Of a stretch of 52,360 bases of DNA, positions 45,830 through 52,360 are shown in pieces. A program made the translations under genes and the position numbers. The stretch comes from an uncultured Anaerolineae bacterium (GTDB lineage Bacteria; Chloroflexota; Anaerolineae; Aggregatilineales; UBA3940): the NCBI GenBank assembly GCA_964506005.1, contig CAZDLX010000003.1, positions 1-52,360 on the forward strand, in the 5' to 3' direction. Below the pieces are notes generated by a model. That model saw nothing but the letters and a program-made list of their open reading frames with translations. It made no database searches and was not told where the DNA came from. Within the stretch, counting starts at the first letter, position 1; every line of letters starts with the position of its first letter.

Positions 45830-46987
45830 ATGATGTTTGATTACGACGAGCAGCAGGACAACCAGATCATCGACGGGGAGATCGTCGCCGAGGAGTATGA
45901 CGACGACGTGCTCTATCTCGCTTCGACGCCGCTTGACGACGAGCCGCTGGAGGACGATGCTGCTGAAGACTACGAAGAGATCACCGATCCGGCGCGGCGC
46001 GGCTTTCTGACCCGCCTGGTGCTGGGCGGCATGGCCGCCGCGGCCCTGGGGGGCAGTGCAGCCGTCGTGTATAACGAGCGCGGCAGCATCAATATCGCTG
46101 CGACGGCCACGCCGGAGGGTGCAGCGACGCCGCTGGGCGCCGCTCCCCAGGCCGGTGCAGGCGCAGCCGTGGCGGATACCACCCAGATCCAGAATGCGCT
46201 GGCAGCAGTGACCGCCGACCGCGACCGGCTGCTTGGCGAGCTCGGGGCGCGGGACGCCGAGCTCAACGAGGTGCGCGAGGCGCTCCAGGCGGCGCTCGCG
46301 GAGCTCGAAGAGCACCGCAATCTGAACAGCCTGTGGCAGCAGCTTGACAACGTCGGGCTGGACGCCCTGCTCGGCGGTGCGCTGATCGCCGTGGGCGGCA
46401 ACCTGGGCAACCTGGCAAGAGTCGCCGCGCTGCTCCGGCAGGGGCTTGAGGTGGGGCAGAGCGTCGTGGACTGGTTCCTCGCGGCCATGCTCCGCCCGCA
46501 GAACAGCATGCGCTGGCTGCAGCGGCAGACCAACGCACTCTCGACGAGCCTCGACTGGCTGGTGTCGCAGGTGCAGGACACCATGCAGCCGGCGGCGAGG
46601 CTCGCCGATGCGCTCACCGACTTCGTGCTGTGGGTTCTGAGCCGGCTGCCGTTTGGCGTCGGTGCGCGCGCGGAGAAGGGCCTCAACGCCATGAAGACGG
46701 TCGTGAACCAGCTTCCCGACCTCGTGACGGGTGTGAGCGTGGACGTGCTCGACCCTCTGGCCGACTGGTTCGGCAGCGACGACGGGCGCAACCTGAAGGG
46801 CATGTTCGTGACGCCGGTGGTCGACAACGTCTTCCAGCCCGCGCGTGACGTGCTGGCCAGGTTCGAGGAGCTCCAGTCGGCCTACGAGGCGCAGATGGCC
46901 CAGCCGGCGGCGGGCAAGCTGGCCGAGCGCGACGCGCTGCGGCAGCAGATCCGCGAGGCGCAGTCCCGGCTGCAGCAGTCAGCCTGA
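45830..46987 (+). CDS. hypothetical single-pass membrane protein with acidic N-terminus and coiled-coil ectodomain
   Basis: The sequence starts MMFDYDEQQDNQ.... It continues with an RRGFLTRLVLGGMAAAALGG segment, which is either a twin-arginine-like signal or a TM segment. Next are an Ala/Pro-rich spacer and long helical regions (LLGELGARDAELNEVREALQAALAELEEH). The start is ATG 45830 or TTG 45794. Confidence 0.55.
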   Translation: MMFDYDEQQDNQIIDGEIVAEEYDDDVLYLASTPLDDEPLEDDAAEDYEEITDPARRGFLTRLVLGGMAAAALGGSAAVVYNERGSINIAATATPEGAATPLGAAPQAGAGAAVADTTQIQNALAAVTADRDRLLGELGARDAELNEVREALQAALAELEEHRNLNSLWQQLDNVGLDALLGGALIAVGGNLGNLARVAALLRQGLEVGQSVVDWFLAAMLRPQNSMRWLQRQTNALSTSLDWLVSQVQDTMQPAARLADALTDFVLWVLSRLPFGVGARAEKGLNAMKTVVNQLPDLVTGVSVDVLDPLADWFGSDDGRNLKGMFVTPVVDNVFQPARDVLARFEELQSAYEAQMAQPAAGKLAERDALRQQIREAQSRLQQSA

Positions 46988-46992
46988 CTTCT

Positions 46993-47934
46993 ATGAACCA
47001 ACAGAATCAACCAGCCGGCGGGCAGGAGGCTTCGGTGCCCCTGCCCACCGAGCGGTTCCAACGGGTGCTGGCATTCGCGTCCGACGAGGCTGACGGCCTC
47101 GGCCACGGGTTCGTGACCTGCCAGCATCTTTTGTATGCCCTCTCGCGGGAGAGCAAAGGGCTGGCGAGCGCCGTGCTGGAGCAGCTTGGCATCACGCCCG
47201 AGGCGCTGCACGACCAGCTTGCCGAGGCCGCCGCCTACCACGACCGGACCTCGCAGGGCCGCATCGACCTGGCCGACGAGGCCCGCGACGCCATCGAGCG
47301 GGCGGTGCAGGCCGCCCAGGCGTGGCAGCACCGCCGCCTCGACACGGAGCACCTGCTGTACGGCATGATCATCGCGCCGACCTCCGCCGACGAGCTGCTG
47401 GCAACCATTCGTGTCGAGCCCAACCACGTACTCAACACGCTTTACGCGCTGCAGCAGGCCGCGCCGCCCGCGGCGATCCGCGAGGAGGCCACCCACGCCT
47501 ACCGCTTCACGCTGGAGACGGCGTGGCTGCTCAGCCTGGCCACCGACACCGCCCGCCGCAGCGGCAGCGCCCGCGTGACGAGCCTCCACCTGCTCGCGGC
47601 GCTCGTTTCGCTGCCGGGGCAGGTGCAGGATGTCTTTGCGGGGGAGTTTGGCGTGAGCGTGGACGACCTGTGGCGGCGGATGCAGGCGGCCGCTTTTCCG
47701 CGCATGGCGGAGACGCGCGTGCCCCTGGCCGAGGACGTGCAGCGCATCCTCGGCTACGCCATCGGCGAGGCCTGGAACCGGGGGCATCTCGCCGTTGCCC
47801 CGCTGCACGTGGCGATGGGCCTGGCGCGCGCCGAGCGCAGCTCCGCGCTGGACGTGCTCGCCGAGCTCGGCGTGCCGCAGGCGACGCTCGTGGACGCGCT
47901 CGATGCGATAATGCCGCCGACCACCACCGGCTAG
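46993..47934 (+). CDS. Clp N-terminal (Clp_N repeat) domain-only protein
   Basis: 313 aa with two Clp_N-like double repeats (FQRVLAFASDEADGLGHGFVTCQHLLYALSRE...; ...VTSLHLLAALVS...; VQRILGYAIGEAWNRGHLAVAPLHVAMGLAR). There is no AAA+ module. Confidence 0.7.
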   Translation: MNQQNQPAGGQEASVPLPTERFQRVLAFASDEADGLGHGFVTCQHLLYALSRESKGLASAVLEQLGITPEALHDQLAEAAAYHDRTSQGRIDLADEARDAIERAVQAAQAWQHRRLDTEHLLYGMIIAPTSADELLATIRVEPNHVLNTLYALQQAAPPAAIREEATHAYRFTLETAWLLSLATDTARRSGSARVTSLHLLAALVSLPGQVQDVFAGEFGVSVDDLWRRMQAAAFPRMAETRVPLAEDVQRILGYAIGEAWNRGHLAVAPLHVAMGLARAERSSALDVLAELGVPQATLVDALDAIMPPTTTG

Positions 47935-50225
47935 CCGAACGTCACAACGACCTCGCTCGACTCTCGCACCCGCACCGGGAGCCGCACCAACCCCTGATCG
48001 CCCTCCACAACTGGCGCGATGCACTGGCCGTCACACGTCGCCTCGACAACCGGACGCTCTGTGTACAGCCATACGTTGCCCTTCGCCTCACGCCCCAGGT
48101 CTATTGTGAAGCGCAGCTCCGCGCCCTGTATCGCCCAACAACTGATCTCCGCGCCCATGCTGGCGTGCAGATCCGTCCCGGCAAGCTGCGGACCCTTTCC
48201 GAGCACACGCAGGCCGAGCAGGAGCGCGCCGTGTGCGGGGATCAGCCTTGTCTCCCACGTATCCGCGTGTGCCAGCCGCGCGCGGGCGCGCCAAAAGTCG
48301 AACACCAGCAGCGGAACGCCAGGCGGCAGGCCGAGCGCGGCCCGGCTCACCTCCAGACGGGCGGGCTTATCGGCCCAGTTGAATAGCGCCGCGACGGTGT
48401 GCTGCCCCGCCGCGCCGTCACAGCGCTGGAGGACGAGCCGGGGGTGCCGCCCAGCGAACAGGTCGGGCGTCAGGGTATCCCCGTCGAGCCGCGGCAGCAG
48501 GCTGGCCGCCCAGCGCAGCCGCTCGTCAGGGACGTGCGTCAGGTCATCGCCGAGCACGAGGTGGCTGCCCGTCACCGCCAGGCTGGCGACCAGCGACTGC
48601 ACTTCCGCGGCGTCGAGGGCCTGATCCTCGCGCACCAGCAGGTTGTCGGCGTCCAGCCACCAGAAACGGCGGTGTGTCCAGGCGCGGTTGAGCGAGCCGG
48701 CGATGCTGTTACGCGCCGCAGGGATGTGGTAGTCGTCGCGCAGGAAGGCCCGCACGCCGTAGACCTCAGGGTACCACTGCGGCGCGACGTCGGCGCTGAC
48801 CCGCATCACGTCCACCAGGCCGACAGCCGGGCCGAGCGGGCAGCCGCAGCCGAGCAGCAGCGTGTCGTCGCCCGCCGCCTCGCGGATCAAGGCCAGCCCG
48901 TCGCGCAGCGCCTGTGCCCGCGTGCGTGCCGGGTCGTGGCGCTGGCCGGGCAGCGCGCCGGCGTACAGGAAGTCGAGCTTCAGGTATGGGATACCCAATT
49001 CGTGCACGACAGTCGTGACGACCTCGCGCACCAGGTCCTGTGTGGCAGGGTGTGTGGGGTCAAGCCCGAGCAGGCGGCGGCCCGGCGTCAGCCCGGCGCT
49101 GGTCGGGCGGCCACGTGCATCACGCAGGACCGCGCCGGGATGCTCCCCCACGATGCGGGCCGGCGGCTCGACGGCGAACGGGCTCAGCCACAGCCCCGGC
49201 GTGAAGCCGCCCTGCCGCACGTCTTCAGCCCAGGCCGCCACGCCGCGCGGAAACTTCGCGTTGTGCTCCAGCCAGTCGCCCCAGGCAGGCTGGTAGCCGT
49301 CGTCGAGCTGGACGAGCTCCAGCGGCAGGCGGTCGCGCATCGCCGCCAGCGCTTGCTGGTTGCGGCGCATGTCCTCTGCCGTCACACCGGCGAAGAACTG
49401 GTACCAGCCTGACCAGCCCGCGGGCGGCGGGGCACCGGGTACGCGGCCCGGCGTCTGCCGGGTTACGGCGCCGGCGTACCCGCCCAGCGGATCGGGGTGG
49501 GGCAGCGTCACGACATACAGCACCGCCCACTCGCCCCACAGCGTTTCGCCGGGCTCGATGGGAACGCCGTCGGCAGTGTTGTGGAGCGTGAGGCGCTGGT
49601 GGCCCGGCCGCCCGTCCATCACCACCTGCCCGAACTGCCGCTCCACGCCGCTGAACCCGGCGACGAGCGCGCGCCGTCCCGGTTCGACGAGCGCGCCGAC
49701 CCACTCTCCGGTGTACTGCCCGGCGTGGCGGGGGTAGGGGGTCGTGGGGTTGATGGCCAGGGGCCGGGTAATGAGGCGGGTCGCGGAGCGCGGCTGGTGT
49801 TCGTCGTGGCGCACGTAGCCGCTGAAGCTCCACGAGTGAAAGCCGTTCACCCAGCCGTCGAGCGCACCTGCGCCGAGGCCCTCCACTGCTGCGTCGAGCA
49901 CGGCGAGGCGCTGTGCGCAGGCGACATCACGACGGCGGTTCTCGACGCCGAGTCGCAGCGCAATATAGGGCGGCCCCCGGTGAAGTGCGGCTTCGAGGCG
50001 CAGGTTGATGGCGGGGTCGGCGGTGGCCAGCCGCGCGGACAATCCGACATCGCGCTCGGTGCGTTCAGCGCGCAGCCCGGCCCAGACAAGCGGCCTCCGG
50101 CCCGCCGCACCGAGCTCCGCCCAGCACGTTCCGGTGAGACTCACGCCGCCGAGGCGCAGAGTGAGCCGCCCGCTGGCTGGGTCCAGACGCACGCTCAGAT
50201 CGTCGCTGTCGATGCGCTCGTCCAT
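47931..50225 (-). CDS. glycoside hydrolase, GH36-like alpha-galactosidase family
   Basis: 764 aa: ...GWSGWYQFF..., LVQLDDGYQPAWGDW, GFTPGLWLSPF, IPYLKLDFLY, LLLGCGCPLG. The family call comes from remembered motif order and is not verified. Confidence 0.7.
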   Translation of the reverse strand: MDERIDSDDLSVRLDPASGRLTLRLGGVSLTGTCWAELGAAGRRPLVWAGLRAERTERDVGLSARLATADPAINLRLEAALHRGPPYIALRLGVENRRRDVACAQRLAVLDAAVEGLGAGALDGWVNGFHSWSFSGYVRHDEHQPRSATRLITRPLAINPTTPYPRHAGQYTGEWVGALVEPGRRALVAGFSGVERQFGQVVMDGRPGHQRLTLHNTADGVPIEPGETLWGEWAVLYVVTLPHPDPLGGYAGAVTRQTPGRVPGAPPPAGWSGWYQFFAGVTAEDMRRNQQALAAMRDRLPLELVQLDDGYQPAWGDWLEHNAKFPRGVAAWAEDVRQGGFTPGLWLSPFAVEPPARIVGEHPGAVLRDARGRPTSAGLTPGRRLLGLDPTHPATQDLVREVVTTVVHELGIPYLKLDFLYAGALPGQRHDPARTRAQALRDGLALIREAAGDDTLLLGCGCPLGPAVGLVDVMRVSADVAPQWYPEVYGVRAFLRDDYHIPAARNSIAGSLNRAWTHRRFWWLDADNLLVREDQALDAAEVQSLVASLAVTGSHLVLGDDLTHVPDERLRWAASLLPRLDGDTLTPDLFAGRHPRLVLQRCDGAAGQHTVAALFNWADKPARLEVSRAALGLPPGVPLLVFDFWRARARLAHADTWETRLIPAHGALLLGLRVLGKGPQLAGTDLHASMGAEISCWAIQGAELRFTIDLGREAKGNVWLYTERPVVEATCDGQCIAPVVEGDQGLVRLPVRVRESSEVVVTFG

Positions 50226-50231
50226 CGACGG

Positions 50232-50990
50232 TCAGGCGGGCTTGACGTACTGGTCGAAGGCCTCAGCGGTCCACGGCATGACCTCGCAGAAGATATCGTG
50301 AACGGCGTGCGCGTACTGGCGGATCTCCCACTGGGCATCCTCCGCCATGCGCAGCCGCAGGAAGTGCATCAGGTTCCAGGCGTCTACTTTGCACACGGCG
50401 ATGTAGTAGGCCGACCAGCCCGGCAGGAACAGCCGAGCCTGTTCGCGGGCGACGCCCTGGGCGAGCGCGTCCTCGTAAAGCCGGTAGCCTTCCGCGGTGA
50501 AGGCTGCCAGCCGGTCGGTCAGCGTGCCGCCTTCGCCGGGCTCAAGCGCGCCCTCGCTGCCCTGCTTGTTCGACGCGCTCTGCCTGCGCCAGCGCTCGGC
50601 GGTGGGGATGTAGAAGTCCGCATCCTCGAAGGGGGTGTAGCGGCCCGACTGGAAGTTGTAGTGCCAGGTGCGGTGCCGCACCCACTGCCACCATACGACG
50701 ACCGGCGCGCGCACCCGCAGCTTGAACTCCACCTGCTCAAACGGCGACGTGTGCAGGTGCCGCAGCAGGTAAAACAGCAGCTTCTTATCCTGCTCACCGC
50801 CTTTGCTGTGCCCCAGGAAGGACACACGCGCGGCGTTCACAATGCTCAGGTCGGGCGTGACGCTGGATGATGGGTGGGGAAGCATGTCCTGCAGCTCCAC
50901 CCAGGACTTGTCGTCGCCGAGGACGCCCGTCCGTACGGCGAGCGCCTCGGGGTCGGGCTGGCGGGGATCGGGCTCCGGCATGTCAACCAT
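50232..50990 (-). CDS. thyX: FAD-dependent thymidylate synthase
   Basis: 252 aa with a ThyX motif RHRTWHYNFQSGRY and ...HTSPFEQVEFKLRVRAP.... RBS GGGAGAG. Confidence 0.9.
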   Translation of the reverse strand: MVDMPEPDPRQPDPEALAVRTGVLGDDKSWVELQDMLPHPSSSVTPDLSIVNAARVSFLGHSKGGEQDKKLLFYLLRHLHTSPFEQVEFKLRVRAPVVVWWQWVRHRTWHYNFQSGRYTPFEDADFYIPTAERWRRQSASNKQGSEGALEPGEGGTLTDRLAAFTAEGYRLYEDALAQGVAREQARLFLPGWSAYYIAVCKVDAWNLMHFLRLRMAEDAQWEIRQYAHAVHDIFCEVMPWTAEAFDQYVKPA

Positions 50991-51076
50991 CGAGTCTCTC
51001 CCTATCTCGTGATCGGATGCAGTGGTTGGGCTGAGACAAGTATAGCCGAAGCGGGTATCGCTGCCAGCGCCACGTC

Positions 51077-51105
51077 GCCCCCTCTCCGTGCCACAGAGAG
51101 GGGGC
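51077..51105. repeat. REP-like hairpin identical to the one at 15501-15528
   Basis: GCCCCCTCTCCGTGCCACAGAGAGGGGGC. The 28-nt core is identical to the copy upstream of tkt. Confidence 0.65.
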
Positions 51106-51157
51106 GCATTCGAGCGCGTTTGGCGAAGATGGTGTGAATAGCGGGTGACGGCTCAGG

Positions 51158-51586
51158 CTACGCTTCTTCCAGCCGCTCCAGAAGCTGGGAGTAGCTGCGC
51201 AGGATGTCGCTCACGCTGACGATGCCAGCGAGGTCGCCGCCGCGCATCACGGGCAGCGCGCCAAACTTGTACTCGCGCAGCATGTCCGCGGCGAGCGCCG
51301 CAGGCGCGTCGGCGTCGATGGTCAGCGGGTCGGGCGTCATGCACGCCTCGACCGGGATGTTCTCCAGCAGGGCCGCGTCGTCGCTGCGCTCGTGGAGCAC
51401 GAACGGCGAGTTGACGGCAAGGCGCACGTCGCGGTCGCTCAGCACGCCGAGGAGCCGCCCTTCGTCGTCGCAGACCGGAAGCTGCCGGCAGTGGCGCTCC
51501 TTCATCAGGCGCACCGCCTCGCCGAGCGGTGTGTCGGGCCCGACACAGCACGGGTCCGGCGTCATGATATCCTCAACCGTCAGCAT
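51158..51586 (-). CDS. CBS domain-containing protein
   Basis: A tandem CBS pair (VEDIMTPDP...TPLGEAVRLMKERHCRQLPVCDDEGRLLGVLSDRDV; ACMTPDPLTI...AADMLREYKFGALPVMRGGDLAGIVSVSDIL). ATG 51586 is preferred because GGAGG lies 5 nt upstream. The track start is GTG 51592. Confidence 0.8.
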   Translation of the reverse strand: MLTVEDIMTPDPCCVGPDTPLGEAVRLMKERHCRQLPVCDDEGRLLGVLSDRDVRLAVNSPFVLHERSDDAALLENIPVEACMTPDPLTIDADAPAALAADMLREYKFGALPVMRGGDLAGIVSVSDILRSYSQLLERLEEA

Positions 51587-51616
51587 TTCCACCTCCGGGC
51601 GACCCGGTATGCCAGG

Positions 51617-52171
51617 CTATGCCAGCGCGAGCTGCTCCCGCGCGCAGGCTGCGCCGCGGTCTACAGCCTCGTAGTTCATCGGCAGCATGTCCTTGCGGTG
51701 CGCCGGGATGTGCGCCTCCAGCGCCTGCTTGAGCGTATCGATGGTCAGGACGGGCCGCGCGGCAAGCGCCGCGCCCAGAAGGATCAGGTTTGCGACGCGC
51801 AGGCTGCCGAGCTCGTCCGCAATGCCGGTGGCGGACACGTTCAGCACCGTGATATCGGTGCGCTCGCACACATCCGGCACCAGGCTGGAGTTCACGACGA
51901 GCAGCCCACCCGGCGCGACGAGCGGTGCGTACTTGTCAAACGAGGGCCGGTTGAAGACCAGAGCGCTCGCCGGATGCCGGACAACCGGCGAGCCGATGGG
52001 CTTGTCGCTGATGACGACGAAGCAGTGTGCAGTACCGCCGCGCATCTCGGGCCCGTACGAGGGGATCCAGGTGACCTCTTTACCCGCGTCGAGCGCGGCG
52101 TAGGCCAGAAGCTGGCCGCCGAACATCACGCCCTGGCCTCCAAACCCTGCAAACAGAAACTCTTCTTGCAT
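51617..52171 (-). CDS. 2-oxoacid:ferredoxin oxidoreductase, gamma subunit
   Basis: 184 aa: FAGFGGQGVMFGGQLLAYAALDAGKEVTWIPSYGPEMRGGTAHCFVVIS is typical of POR/KOR gamma subunits. Confidence 0.85.
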   Translation of the reverse strand: MQEEFLFAGFGGQGVMFGGQLLAYAALDAGKEVTWIPSYGPEMRGGTAHCFVVISDKPIGSPVVRHPASALVFNRPSFDKYAPLVAPGGLLVVNSSLVPDVCERTDITVLNVSATGIADELGSLRVANLILLGAALAARPVLTIDTLKQALEAHIPAHRKDMLPMNYEAVDRGAACAREQLALA

Positions 52172-52182
52172 GTCGGTATGCC

Positions 52183-52360
52183 TTACCCCTTCATCTCGTT
52201 TACGGCGTCGCTGATCTTATAATCGCCCAGCGGATAGTAGGGAACCATGTTCTCCTCGATCCACTTGAGCGCGCGATCAGGCGTCACGCTCCAGTTTGTC
52301 GGGCAGCTAGAGAGCAGTTCGACCATGCTGAAGCCGAGACCATTAAGCTGGACTTTCAGC
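52183..52360 (-). CDS. 2-oxoacid:ferredoxin oxidoreductase, beta (TPP-binding) subunit, C-terminal fragment
   Basis: Reverse translation from 52359 reads [58 protein letters not shown], with the stop at 52183-52185. The ...SxCPTNW... end is typical of beta subunits. The 5' part lies outside the window. Confidence 0.75.
   Translation of the reverse strand, partial: LKVQLNGLGFSMVELLSSCPTNWSVTPDRALKWIEENMVPYYPLGDYKISDAVNEMKG

Noticed and set aside
49497-50870. 457-aa + strand ORF across the GH36-like and thyX genes
   Set aside because: It is antisense to thyX, which has a clear ThyX motif, and to the glycosidase. Its composition is that of a shadow ORF.

Overview
High-GC (roughly 65-68% by eye) bacterial chromosomal window with about 50 protein-coding genes. 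I found no rRNA, tRNA, CRISPR array, transposase or integrase. An opcA-containing pentose-phosphate cluster, lipoproteins with Pro/Thr/Glu-rich linkers, and GTAGGGGCG...CGCCCCTAC and CCCCTCTCC...GGAGAGGGG hairpin repeats suggest Chloroflexota; this is inference only.

Most of the window is housekeeping:
- sucCD
- a TetR-controlled acyl-CoA dehydrogenase pair
- tkt-rpiB-zwf-opcA-pgl
- pckA, yebC, ruvC, mdh, ruvA, era, thyX
- 2-oxoacid:ferredoxin oxidoreductase subunits

Two loci are accessory-looking and poorly understood:
1. 2876-9252, possibly extending to 10183 or 12134. This is a co-directional array of a Ycf46-like AAA+ ATPase, a 150-aa unknown, a DUF1257 (Ycf35-like)/DUF2997 pair, a small acidic protein, a GrpE-like exchange factor, a lid-less Hsp70, an FGE-sulfatase-fold protein lacking the catalytic Cys pair, and an overlapping PflX-type radical SAM gene. 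No J-domain protein is present.
2. 27850-30819. This two-gene island sits between pckA and yebC. It encodes a CHAT (caspase-like) protease and an upstream 426-aa unknown. Both carry the same ~30-aa G/D/K/N/I-rich repeat motif (20/30 identical), which suggests a motif-coupled protease-partner system.

All domain calls rest on motifs read by eye and on recalled family signatures. No database search was run.
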